From: a virus
Lineage: Duplodnaviria; Heunggongvirae; Uroviricota; Caudoviricetes
Virus record (IMG/VR): IMGVR_UViG_2526164601_000037
Reading direction: 5' to 3' (one strand)
Length of the DNA: 37,714 nucleotides
In this document: piece after piece, positions 26,976 through 36,598 of the stretch
Numbering within the stretch: position 1 is the stretch's first letter
Layout of the letters: every line of letters begins with the position of its first letter
Notes under the pieces: generated by a model
What the model saw: only the letters and a program-made list of their open reading frames with translations
Told to the model about the DNA's origin: nothing
The model's database searches: none
Translations under genes and position numbers: made by a program

Positions 26976-29819
26976 TCAATCTTTATCGTAAAAACTGCCA
27001 CGTCCGGCACGGTCGCGTCGTTCCAATTCTGCCCTGACCATTTCACCGACCAGTTTCGCCAGTTCGCGGGGATTCTGCGTAACAACGTTATGCAGATGAA
27101 CATGAATTTCACCGCCAAATCCGGAGGCAACAGGCTCCCGGTTACGGGAAGTTGCAGGAACTGATGCCACTGGCGATCGTATGGCCTCCGCCACCGGGCG
27201 GGAGCTGGCCGTAACAACAGGGACCAGCGCCGGAGGCAGCGGAGCCGGAACCACGGGTGTGATCTTAATTGCGGGGGCAGGCTTACTGACCTGCGCAATC
27301 TTCCGCTCCTGCCACTCCCCACGAACAGCAAGTGCGCGGGGCAGGTTCTTAAAGACAATATCGCCAGGGCCAATGCGTTTTTTCGTCTCATCAACCAGCT
27401 TACCTGTGTTATCAGCAATCTTGCTGAGTCTGCGTAGCGTACCGGTATTGCTGTCTGTGAGCGGTTTGTTGTCTTTGGGTTTATCGCCTCCGGTGCCATT
27501 GCCATTTTCCGCAGACTTCGGCGGATTGATTTTCGCAATGTCCCCCTGAAGCAAGGCAACCTTGTCCTGAAGAATGGCCGCACGCTGTGCGTCTTCGATT
27601 TTCTTTCCCGCCCTTTCCGCTTCATCCGGAAGCACACCGAGTTTTTCAAGTATCCACGCCAGCGTATCCAGCAACATTTTTGCAGGCGTCAGAACAAGCT
27701 GTAACGCACCGCCAAGAACGTTACCGAATACCTCGCCAGCACTGGCACATTTATCCAGCGTTTCCTTGCTGGACTCCATCGGTGACAGCAGCGATTTAAA
27801 CCAGTTAAACACCTGGCTGATCCCGCTTCCGATTACGTCAAAAACAGGGCCAAACCGTTCAAAGGTTTCGCGCAACGGGGTCAGCCTTTCCATAATCCCG
27901 CTGAACACCCCGGCAAAAAATGCCCTGATGGGATCCCAGTATTTCCAGATAAGAACGGCAGCTCCGGCAAGCGCAGCCACGATAAGACCAACCGGACTGA
28001 ACAGCGCCCCGATAGCGCCTCCCAGTAAAGAAACGGAACCCGTCACCATTCCCCATAGTGCTGGCAGGACCCTGACAGCATTCATTGATCCGGTCAGGAG
28101 AGAAAAACCAAGACGCAGTTTTGCCAGCGGACCAGCAAGCACACCAATAGCCAGCGACAACGAGCCAACCGTTGCAGTCATTGCCAGCAACGCACCGCCT
28201 GCTATCAGTAGCTGGCGCGTCAGTGCCGGATGGGCCTGCGCCAGCGCCGTCACCCTTGATACCACCCGCGCGAGCCACTGCGTGACAGAACGCAGCGGAC
28301 CGTCAATCAGATCTGCAATGCGGATGCGCAACCCTTCCCATGCACTGCCGAGTGATTTCAGATCGCCGTCAAGGTTGTTGGCCATAACCTTTGCTGTGCG
28401 TTCAGCCTCACCGCGCGCGCCTTCAAGTTCTTTTCTCAGTTTGGGTAAGGAACCGTCACCCGCTGCATCAACGAGCGCCATAAACGATGTGAATGCCTCT
28501 TCTCCGGCAATGTCCTTAAAGAACGATACCCGGTCAACTTCCCCGTATTTGCGGGTGGCTTTATAAAGGTCGGCCAGCACATCTTCCATCGGGCGCATTT
28601 TGCCCCCGGCATCCGAGACGGACACGCCCAGCTCTTTCAGAGCTTCTGCCGCCGCCTTTGGCGGTGATGCCAGACGAGCCAGGCTGGCACGCATTGCCGT
28701 CCCGGCATCACTCCCTCTGATGCCCATATTCGCCAGCACGCCAGCCATCGCTGCGGCCTGTTCCAGCGATATTCCCAGCTTACCCGCCACCGGACCTGCA
28801 TATTTCATGGTTTCGCCCAGTGCGCGAAGGTCAGTGTTGGTACGGGTAAACGCTGCGGTGAGTGTGTCACCGACCCGGTCCATCTGGTCAGCAGAAAGGC
28901 CGAACTGCGTCAGGATATTTGAGCCAATATCTGCCGTCTCGCCGAGATCCATACCGCCAGCCGTTGCCATGCTCAGCACGCCGGGAAGCGCAGCCTGAAT
29001 GGCCTGCGGAGTGAAGCCAGCCATTGCAAGAAATGCCTGTCCACTGGCGGCATCGCCTGCGGTGAACTGCGTTTCAGAGCCAAGTTTTAACGCCTGCTCA
29101 CGCAGCGCCTTAAACTGCGGGCTGTTCTGGTCGATTCGCGTCAGTGCCTGAACGCGGGACATCTCTTTGCCGAACCCGATCGCAGGCTGCAAAAAACGCC
29201 CGGCAGCATAGCCGCCCGCCGCTGCCGCACCAATTGCCAGCGCACCACCTGTTTTCAGTTTTCCCGCTGTTTCCTGCGCGCGCGAATACCGCTCACGCGC
29301 CCGCGTTACACGCGCAAGCGCCTGCCGTTCGCGTTCAAGCTGGTTGTTGTACTGTTCGGTGCGTCTGATGGCCTGCTGGATGGTGTTATCGCTGCCTGTC
29401 AGGGAAATGCCGTGGCGTTTCAGCTCTCCGCCAAGCTCCCGCATTTTCTGAATTTCCCGTGTGCGCGATTCATTCAGGCGTTCAAGCCGGGTGCTTAACT
29501 GCTGCATCAGCTTTTGTTGTTTTTCGCTGAGCACTGTACCCGTGCGTTGTAACTGATTAAGGGCGTTAAGCTGGCGTCGTGCTTTCACGATACCCGCATC
29601 CGCTTTACTGACAGCGTCGCGGGCGCGCTCAAATGAACGCGCCTGACGCTCGAGATTTTTGATCGCCCCCTGCGTTCGCTGGATGGAGTCACCAAACTGC
29701 CCCATCAGGCGGCGTGCGTTTTCGGCAGGTCGGGTCAGCCTGTCAACGGCGCTGAAAGCGACCCGGATATCAAGAGTCTTCATTGTCTGCATTCCCGCTG
29801 CGAAGTGCCGCCCGCTCAC
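26976..29819 (-). CDS. T: Tail tape measure protein, P2 gpT-like
   Basis: ORF track, 947 aa; Ala/Gly-rich hydrophobic stretches typical of tape measure proteins; position between E/E' and U. Confidence 0.85.
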   Translation of the reverse strand: MSGRHFAAGMQTMKTLDIRVAFSAVDRLTRPAENARRLMGQFGDSIQRTQGAIKNLERQARSFERARDAVSKADAGIVKARRQLNALNQLQRTGTVLSEKQQKLMQQLSTRLERLNESRTREIQKMRELGGELKRHGISLTGSDNTIQQAIRRTEQYNNQLERERQALARVTRARERYSRAQETAGKLKTGGALAIGAAAAGGYAAGRFLQPAIGFGKEMSRVQALTRIDQNSPQFKALREQALKLGSETQFTAGDAASGQAFLAMAGFTPQAIQAALPGVLSMATAGGMDLGETADIGSNILTQFGLSADQMDRVGDTLTAAFTRTNTDLRALGETMKYAGPVAGKLGISLEQAAAMAGVLANMGIRGSDAGTAMRASLARLASPPKAAAEALKELGVSVSDAGGKMRPMEDVLADLYKATRKYGEVDRVSFFKDIAGEEAFTSFMALVDAAGDGSLPKLRKELEGARGEAERTAKVMANNLDGDLKSLGSAWEGLRIRIADLIDGPLRSVTQWLARVVSRVTALAQAHPALTRQLLIAGGALLAMTATVGSLSLAIGVLAGPLAKLRLGFSLLTGSMNAVRVLPALWGMVTGSVSLLGGAIGALFSPVGLIVAALAGAAVLIWKYWDPIRAFFAGVFSGIMERLTPLRETFERFGPVFDVIGSGISQVFNWFKSLLSPMESSKETLDKCASAGEVFGNVLGGALQLVLTPAKMLLDTLAWILEKLGVLPDEAERAGKKIEDAQRAAILQDKVALLQGDIAKINPPKSAENGNGTGGDKPKDNKPLTDSNTGTLRRLSKIADNTGKLVDETKKRIGPGDIVFKNLPRALAVRGEWQERKIAQVSKPAPAIKITPVVPAPLPPALVPVVTASSRPVAEAIRSPVASVPATSRNREPVASGFGGEIHVHLHNVVTQNPRELAKLVGEMVRAELERRDRAGRGSFYDKD

Positions 29820-30299
29820 GCCAGCTAACCACTTCGCCGGGCGTCATCATGAAGATTTCGGCGGGCGACCAGTTAAAAATAACGGCAATATCTGCCACAA
29901 AGTCTTCTATGTGCTCAAAGCACACAACCGTGATCAGGCTTCCGTCGCCTGTTCGTTCTTCCCGCCAGAGTCCGCACCGCTCAAAAAATTTACGGCAACC
30001 ACACATAACTGAATAAAGTCACGGGATGCCATTTTTTTGATCGTCACTTCATCCAGTCGCGGTGATGTCACGCGTGACAGCAGCGAAAACATGGATTCCG
30101 CTTTCAGACTCAGCACATCAGACAGCGACAAATCTCGCAGAGATCCAGCCTGCTCAATAGCCCCGGTGATCTCCACATACGTGATTTTTTCGCCGCTTCG
30201 CTCAATTGGTTGGGTAAGTTTTACGCCACGCTCACTGGTTTCTTTCACAGTGTCAGTAACTACCGTGTTTTCGGTATCGATGTTTTTCGTCTCTTTCAT
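29770..30299 (-). CDS. E': E+E' fusion produced by programmed -1 ribosomal frameshift
   Basis: Slippery heptamer T_TTT_TTG on the minus strand (plus-strand caaaaaa at 29982..29988), 16 codons before the E stop; the -1 frame continues as FFERCGLWREER... to 29770, overlapping the T start as in P2. Confidence 0.7.
29934..30299 (-). CDS. E: Tail assembly chaperone, P2 gpE-like (0 frame)
   Basis: ORF track; C-terminus VAVNFLSGADSGGKNEQATEA spans the slippery site. Confidence 0.8.
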   Translation of the reverse strand: MKETKNIDTENTVVTDTVKETSERGVKLTQPIERSGEKITYVEITGAIEQAGSLRDLSLSDVLSLKAESMFSLLSRVTSPRLDEVTIKKMASRDFIQLCVVAVNFLSGADSGGKNEQATEA

Positions 30300-30353
30300 C
30301 AGGAAACTCCTTTCAGTCAGAGGCGACGCACTGCGCCGCCTGCATATTACTTA

Positions 30354-30866
30354 TCAGCCAAGCCCAAGCGCGGAACGGATGCGATCGGGCACAATGTCCT
30401 TGCCGTCCTTCCGGTAAATGAAGTTCAGCAGGTCAATCTCCCACAACGGGCGATCGTTAACACTCAGCTTGTAGTAGGTGTTTTTAATGGCATAAGTGTG
30501 TGATGTGGCTTCGCCCTGTTTGGCTTCCCCCATATCAATTTCCGTCACACGTCCGCGCATTTCGACTTCATACAGATCGCTTTCTGCATCGGTGTAGTAT
30601 TCACCCGCAAAACGCAGCAGTGTGCCGTCAATCGTGCCGCCATACTTAAGGAACAGCTCACGAACTGCGCCCCCCATGACAAAGCTCGCATCAAGCGCGG
30701 AGTCGTCCAGGCCGAGATCAATACTTACCGCCCCCATCATGCCACCACCCCGGTAGCTGTCGGTTTTGCGCGTCAGCTTAGGCAGAGTGACGGACGTCAC
30801 CTTACCCACTTCGTTTTCACCATCCACAAACAGCGTAAAAAAGCGAAGATGTTTTGGCACAGCCAT
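30354..30866 (-). CDS. FII: Tail tube protein, P2 gpFII-like
   Basis: ORF track, 170 aa; position between sheath and E. Confidence 0.85.
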   Translation of the reverse strand: MAVPKHLRFFTLFVDGENEVGKVTSVTLPKLTRKTDSYRGGGMMGAVSIDLGLDDSALDASFVMGGAVRELFLKYGGTIDGTLLRFAGEYYTDAESDLYEVEMRGRVTEIDMGEAKQGEATSHTYAIKNTYYKLSVNDRPLWEIDLLNFIYRKDGKDIVPDRIRSALGLG

Positions 30867-32050
30867 CAGGCACCTCCCAGCACCGCAAATGCGGGTTCAA
30901 AGTATTCATCAGTAAACGTCTGGTAAAGCTCCATGTCTTCCAGTGGCGGAACGGGCGTATATTTGTAGCGAATACGCACACGTCCCTGACGTAAATCCGT
31001 GGTGCTGTTATCCACCACGTCATACCAGCACTCCGCGCCAATCAGTTTCCCGGCAGTAACCAGTGAATCCAGTTTTGCCCTGATGGCACTGATAACATCC
31101 TTCACGTTCGCAGGCGTCAGTGGACTGTCGATGGTTTCAAACTGCGCTTCCGCAATTGAATCAGCCAGCACCTGTGCGGTTCGGGTATACACCTCAAAGA
31201 TGTAGGCGTTCGTTTCCGGTGTGCGGTTGCCCCAGAAGCGGAACCCGTTGCGACGAATAATGGTCGTGATTTCTTTGTTGTTGAGGCTGTTGGCATCGCT
31301 GTCTTCGGCCTGCAACGACCAGAACACATGCCTCGACATCCCCAGCACATTTTTAACCGGAACGTTGGACAGTGATTTGTGCCATCCCTGCTCATGGTCA
31401 ATGTACGCACGAAGGCCGCACGCATAGGCAGACGCGGGGAACGTTTCGTTTTTGCCACTTTTCGGGTTGTAGGCGATGAAGTCCGGCCATAAGAGCATCA
31501 CCTCACGTTCGTTGAATTTCTGGCGGTAGGTAATCGCCTCAGCCATCGTGTTACAGCCGTGACATGAGGCATACACAAACGCGCGCAGTTTACCTGCAAT
31601 CACGCACAGGGATTTTGTTACAGCCTCCGTGTCCAGCTCCGGCGCGGCCAGAATACGCGGACGGTATCCGATGCTTTCATCCTGCTCTGCAACAAGCAGC
31701 GCATACATCCCCGTATAGCTGCCGTCATCCTCAGAACCACCGATAACCAGTTGATCCTGCGTCTTTCCGTCTTCTTCTTTGTGTTCAGCCACGCGAACGA
31801 CGATCACCTTTGTGCTCACCTGGTCTGCGATGGCCTTAAGCGCACGATAAAGCGTCCCCGTTGTCCCGCATTTTCCCAGCACGTCATTGACGCGGGTCAG
31901 CAGTGTGGGCTTGTTCAGCGGGAACAGCTTCGCGTCCGCATCATCCGCCGTTGCCACGATACCGATAACGCTGGAATCAACATCGTTAATCGCTGTTACC
32001 AGGTCGGTATTTTCCGTAACACGGGCACCATGAAAACGAGTTTCACTCAT
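30866..32050 (-). CDS. FI: Tail sheath protein, P2 gpFI-like
   Basis: ORF track, 394 aa; first gene of the minus-strand FI-FII-E-T-U block. Confidence 0.85.
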   Translation of the reverse strand: MSETRFHGARVTENTDLVTAINDVDSSVIGIVATADDADAKLFPLNKPTLLTRVNDVLGKCGTTGTLYRALKAIADQVSTKVIVVRVAEHKEEDGKTQDQLVIGGSEDDGSYTGMYALLVAEQDESIGYRPRILAAPELDTEAVTKSLCVIAGKLRAFVYASCHGCNTMAEAITYRQKFNEREVMLLWPDFIAYNPKSGKNETFPASAYACGLRAYIDHEQGWHKSLSNVPVKNVLGMSRHVFWSLQAEDSDANSLNNKEITTIIRRNGFRFWGNRTPETNAYIFEVYTRTAQVLADSIAEAQFETIDSPLTPANVKDVISAIRAKLDSLVTAGKLIGAECWYDVVDNSTTDLRQGRVRIRYKYTPVPPLEDMELYQTFTDEYFEPAFAVLGGA

Positions 32051-32207
32051 AGCTTCAGCCCCTTGTATCCGTTAAATGATTCGGCAACAATCATCACCCA
32101 CCACGCGCGTAATCTCACCCCTGCGCCGTTCTCCCGCCACGGCGACAACAAAAAGCAGTAACCCCCTCCGCACGCACATGCGACCATGCCGCACAGGGAG
32201 GGAACAG

Positions 32208-33308
32208 ATGACCGATACCACCATGCAATTGCTCAGTCAGGGCACAGACCCCGTGAAAATGCCGGATTTTGATATTCTCGCGGAGGGTAAAACGCTGTCA
32301 GGCGTGGCAGAGCGCCTGATGAGCCTGTCACTGACCGACAACCGGGGATTTGAGGCGGACCAGCTCACCATCACGCTGGATGATGCGGATGGTCAGTTGC
32401 AGCTACCGCCACGGGGCGCGCGCCTGACGGTTCTCATTGGCTGGAAAGGAGAACCGCTGACAGAAAAAGGCACTTACATTGTTGATGAAATCGCTCACGA
32501 AGGACCGCCGGACAGGCTGACTGTTTCAGCCAGAAGCGCAGATTTTCGGGATGAATTTAACGTTAAACGTGAGGTGTCCTGGCATGATGTGACCGTTGAG
32601 CGTGTGGTATCCGCCATCGCTCATCGATGGTCTGAAACCGCAAATCAGCGAAATGCTGATGGATATCGAAATCGACCACGCCGACCAGACCGAAGAAAGC
32701 GACATGTCCTTTCTTACGCGCATGGCGGAAATGCTGGGCGCAATCACCACCGTAAAAAGCGGCAATCTGTTATTCATCATGCCAGGTGGTGGCGTGAACG
32801 CACAGGGCCAGCCGTTGCCCTCGTTCGCCATTACACGCAGCAGCGGCGATCGCCATCAGTTCCGTATTGCTGACCGCGAGGCGTATACGGGGGTACGCGC
32901 TTACTGGCTTGATCTTAATTACGGGAAAAAGAAAAAGTCAGCGTGAAACGCCGCAAACCGCCAAAACCCAAAAAGGAGAAAAGCAGCAGCCGTGAAGGTG
33001 ATTATATGGAAGGCGCGGAAGGAAATGTGTTTGTGTTACGCAAGACTTATCAGAACGAGCAGGCAGCAAGACGCGCTGCGGCGGCAAAGTGGCAGCAGCT
33101 ACAACGCGGAGCCGCATCATTCTCCATCACGCTGGCGCGTGGACGTGCAGAACTCTACCCCGAAATGCATGGCACGGTAACAGGATTTAAAAGCGAGATT
33201 GATAATCAGGACTGGATTATTGCAAAAGCCGAGCACACCATTGATAACAGTGGCTTTACCACGCAGCTTGAGCTTGAGGCAAAAATCCCGGAATGGATAG
33301 CAGAATGA
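32208..33308 (+). pseudogene. D: Gene D (P2 gpD-like tail/late protein) interrupted by two frameshifts
   Basis: gpD similarity runs through three frames: 32208 to about 32625 (LSLTDNRGFEADQL, SARSADFR), about 32626..32946 (FLTRMAEMLG, ITRSSGDRHQF, AYTGV), and 32943..33308 (GDYMEGAEGNVF, NSGFTTQLELE). Second shift lies in the A-run gggaaaaagaaaaag (32923..32937). Confidence 0.55.
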
Positions 33309-33472
33309 GACTCTTAAATGTATTAGTCCAGACACGTACTAGCGGGCTAAACGGCACAGTCTTATCTGACCATCTGCCCCTAACACAGAGCAGACGGTCC
33401 TTGATCTTACCCACTAATAATGGACGCGCGACTAATATAATTTATTGCTTTTTATTTATACCTCACTGAGAT

Positions 33473-34108
33473 TTAGCGAGCTAATATATTCAAAGAATTT
33501 AACAATTGAGTGTCGAGTGTTTCAGTTGCAGGAATCGGTAATCCATTCGCAATGCGGTAATTTTTCACAGACAGCCTTGTGGATGGCCCCATTATGCCGT
33601 CAATATTTCCGTTATAAAATCCCCTGTCCAGCAATGCGAACTGAACTCGCATAATCAATCGCTTACGTTTCTCTGCATCAGAAGCAAGCCCATTACTCGT
33701 ACGGTTAACCTCTGAAGTTCCAACAGAACTCGTGTTAGTGGTTCTATTATTATCGTTAGAACGAAGTGCACGCACCGAGGAAGAGGACGATGAGGAACTT
33801 GCACCTGAACTTGAAGAACCAGATGAACTTGGTGAGCTGTATGTTTTTGGATAATAGGGGGTACTTCCACCATAGTATCCACCACCTGATGAGGATCTAT
33901 GAGAGCTATGGCTCCTATGAGAGCTATGGCTTCGATGCCCTGCGATATAAAATGGGACTTCCGTGTTAAGTGGAGCTATCACTAAATCATGCTCATTAAG
34001 AGTCATACCAGGTAAATCACTCGCTCCTGTAGATGAATCGCTTGCCCATACAGAATTGTTGAGAGCCAAAAATCCCGGAAGTAGAGCAGCAAAATTAAAC
34101 TTTTTCAT
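33473..34108 (-). CDS. hxsA: His-Xaa-Ser repeat protein (HxsA-like precursor) with signal peptide, Ser-rich tract and C-terminal peptidoglycan-binding-like domain
   Basis: Start at the ATG at 34108 (MKKFNFAALLPGFLALNNSVWA); repeats HRSHSSHRSHSSHRSSS; poly-Ser tract; C-terminal LDRGFYNGNIDGIMGPSTRLSVKNYRIANGLP. ORF-track frame extends upstream to 34186. Confidence 0.7.
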   Translation of the reverse strand: MKKFNFAALLPGFLALNNSVWASDSSTGASDLPGMTLNEHDLVIAPLNTEVPFYIAGHRSHSSHRSHSSHRSSSGGGYYGGSTPYYPKTYSSPSSSGSSSSGASSSSSSSSVRALRSNDNNRTTNTSSVGTSEVNRTSNGLASDAEKRKRLIMRVQFALLDRGFYNGNIDGIMGPSTRLSVKNYRIANGLPIPATETLDTQLLNSLNILAR

Positions 34109-35217
34109 AAAATTGGTCTCGGTGATTGATGAAAACGGCCTTTTGAGGAACTGAAATAGCCAGCACAGGAAGGCTTCTGAGTACATTCATCACATTCTTT
34201 TGGATAGTAATTTTTCCAATCAGAGATCGACTGAACAGCAAGCTCCCTAGCCCTTTCAGGAAGATAACACAAAGGATAATTAAAAATTGTCAGAGGTATG
34301 CCTGACCTGTATGCAGCGTCTATGGCAGAGATTATTTTCTCACTATAACTACTGTGATCAATGAAGATGGTGGACCAGTTTTTTCGTGCCCAACCGATAG
34401 GCTCCAACCCCATAAGGGAAATCTGATTGATGTTGGAGAACACACGGCCAGCGAATTCTACAATATCATCCAATTCGGTATAGTTAGCCAGTGTAGGAAT
34501 AACTCTAAGTTCGATATTAATCCCCAAGTTTCCTGCATTGATTAACCCTTTAACCGTTTCATTAAATGCGCCATCACTCCCTACCAGATGATCATGCACA
34601 AGTGGTCTTGATGAGTAGAGCGGGATACCAAAGGTGATTTTGATCTTTTTGCTTCGCTTTGCCATTTCCTGTGTAAAGTTGATATCAGCAAATTTGCGTC
34701 CGTTTGTTAAAACATGTAAAGCAGTATCTGGTGAATTCTCGATGATAAAGTCAATGAAGTGAAGGAAGTCATCCCCATATAGCAAAGGTTCACCACCGCT
34801 GACCCCAACAACTCCGTTCAAGCCAAATGAAGCTATAGCAAGAGCTGATTGGGTAAGTAGCCAGTCATCATTTATTTTCTTTGGTGGCTGCGAACAAAAC
34901 AGACACAAGTTATTGCAGCGTTCCGTAACTAAGACAGTATTATGATTGGCTTTGCGTGACAGAATAACGCGTATCATATTGCCATTGTTGATTATCCCAA
35001 TATCTCCATCTTCAATTGACTCAAATAATTCAGTGCTAATAACAGAGAAATCAAAGCATGGTGGAATGGCATCATTATTGCCTTCAGCAACTACTAGCAA
35101 ATTGGGCAAAAAGAATAAAGGGTTCACTGGTTTTTGTTTGCATAACCGATAGAACCCCGTGGGCACGTTCTCTGTAGAAGCAAAATGAAAGATATCGTTC
35201 CTGATAACCTCAGACAT
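34105..35217 (-). CDS. hxsC: Radical SAM maturase of the His-Xaa-Ser system (HxsC-like; B/C assignment tentative)
   Basis: CNNLCLFC (CX3CX2C) cluster motif, GGEPLL SAM-binding motif, C-terminal Cys cluster CDECTQKPSC; overlaps neighbours by a few nt. Confidence 0.8.
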   Translation of the reverse strand: MSEVIRNDIFHFASTENVPTGFYRLCKQKPVNPLFFLPNLLVVAEGNNDAIPPCFDFSVISTELFESIEDGDIGIINNGNMIRVILSRKANHNTVLVTERCNNLCLFCSQPPKKINDDWLLTQSALAIASFGLNGVVGVSGGEPLLYGDDFLHFIDFIIENSPDTALHVLTNGRKFADINFTQEMAKRSKKIKITFGIPLYSSRPLVHDHLVGSDGAFNETVKGLINAGNLGINIELRVIPTLANYTELDDIVEFAGRVFSNINQISLMGLEPIGWARKNWSTIFIDHSSYSEKIISAIDAAYRSGIPLTIFNYPLCYLPERARELAVQSISDWKNYYPKECDECTQKPSCAGYFSSSKGRFHQSPRPIL

Positions 35218-36598
35218 ATGCCCATCCTTTTAGCATCTCAGCCTTCGAACCACCCTCTGAGATGCAGTTCATCAGATACCTGAACATCCCCTTGTGGTAT
35301 TGACAAAACGTTGAACGACTCCTATCACCGACAGGCTCACCCTGTACACTTATGTTCTGGCATGGATCTGAACCACAAAATGGTTGATATGCACATGTAT
35401 CACAACCTGGCAGAGCAAAATTGAACGATGAACTCAATACTGCGTTATAGTAAGGACTATCAGAAAATGATAGCGTCTTAACTTCACCCGCACTGAACTC
35501 CATTTCAGGATTCACCTTCTGCAACATACGGCTCTCATCGCTACCATATACTCGACCGTCATAATTGAAAAGAATACTGTTAAGCACGACTCCACTTGGA
35601 GACTTTAAATCCGCATAACCACTAAAACCGGGATTGAAGATCCTTTTCAGATGAATGGAGGCCGAATGTTCCACAACCCTTATCCCTTCATTATTAATCT
35701 TAAGGATTTCATCTATCAACGAGGCATAGAAGCTGAAGTATTCGTCCATAGAAAAGGTGAAAGAAGCTTTTTGTGCAAACCCATAGGGACTAACAGGTCG
35801 GATAAACATGTCCTTGAGACCAAGAGACAAGTGAGCCTGAACAATCGATTCAGGACGTCTGATAAGCTCTTTAGTAACTGTAGTAACCGTTGCAACGCGG
35901 CCAGCACCTAAAGAGTGTTTGATAGCCTCCACCCCTGACACTGTTCTACTGTACGCAAGCCCACGACCAAGAATTCGATTACTGTTGTGAACAACTTCCT
36001 CACCATCAAGCGACACAGAGAACGTTATGTTCCGGTCTCTCGACCATTCAATCATATCCTCATTCAAGACAGACAGACTTGATGCCACCACCATCTCAAA
36101 ATTGGTTCTTCCCAGCGTTTCAGCACATTGATCATAGATGCTCTGAATTAAATCAAACCGCAAGAGAGGCTCCCCACCCTGTATCTCTATTTTGTAAGGT
36201 GGCGTTGATAGTTTTTTAATAGCCGAAATAATATCGGGGATGAGCTCAGGATTTAGGTCGTAACCTAAGGCATTAACAGAAGCTCTACTAACCTGGCAAT
36301 ACTTGCATGTATGGTCACAACGTAATGTGGGTACAATCATGAAAATTGGCCTGACAGCCAGTTCATTCATCAATCGTTTTGCAAAAGCAGAACTTAAAGC
36401 ATAGGGAGTTATAGCAGATGAGCTTTCACTGGTTATGAAAAGCTTACTTTCTAGCACGTTTGATTGCTCCGAACTAATTCGCTCATCAGAAAGATCAATA
36501 AGGTCTTGCTCACCAATGAAATGATGAAAACCTGCAAGGTTGCTTATAAACACCTGTCCATTAGGCAATCTGTCAAAATTAAATGGCATCAATTCCAT
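35210..36598 (-). CDS. hxsB: Radical SAM maturase of the His-Xaa-Ser system with SPASM-like C-terminal Cys cluster (HxsB-like; B/C assignment tentative)
   Basis: CDHTCKYC (CX3CX2C), GGEPLL, C-terminal CDTCAYQPFCGSDPC; start overlaps the hxsD stop. Confidence 0.8.
   Translation of the reverse strand: MELMPFNFDRLPNGQVFISNLAGFHHFIGEQDLIDLSDERISSEQSNVLESKLFITSESSSAITPYALSSAFAKRLMNELAVRPIFMIVPTLRCDHTCKYCQVSRASVNALGYDLNPELIPDIISAIKKLSTPPYKIEIQGGEPLLRFDLIQSIYDQCAETLGRTNFEMVVASSLSVLNEDMIEWSRDRNITFSVSLDGEEVVHNSNRILGRGLAYSRTVSGVEAIKHSLGAGRVATVTTVTKELIRRPESIVQAHLSLGLKDMFIRPVSPYGFAQKASFTFSMDEYFSFYASLIDEILKINNEGIRVVEHSASIHLKRIFNPGFSGYADLKSPSGVVLNSILFNYDGRVYGSDESRMLQKVNPEMEFSAGEVKTLSFSDSPYYNAVLSSSFNFALPGCDTCAYQPFCGSDPCQNISVQGEPVGDRSRSTFCQYHKGMFRYLMNCISEGGSKAEMLKGWAYV

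Noticed and set aside
27574-28566. 330-aa plus-strand ORF antisense to the tape measure gene
   Set aside because: Ser/Pro/Ala-rich low-complexity translation fully inside the long minus-strand T gene; classic shadow ORF.
32051-32207. Ogr-type late-promoter site (TGT-N12-ACA) in the FI-D divergent region
   Set aside because: Only imperfect dyads such as TGATTCGGCAACAATCA at 32078..32094 were found; spacing does not match the consensus I recall, so no specific site is claimed.
33655-33885. 76-aa minus-strand ORF inside hxsA in another frame
   Set aside because: Overlaps the repeat/low-complexity part of hxsA; a frame artefact of the Ser/His-rich repeats.
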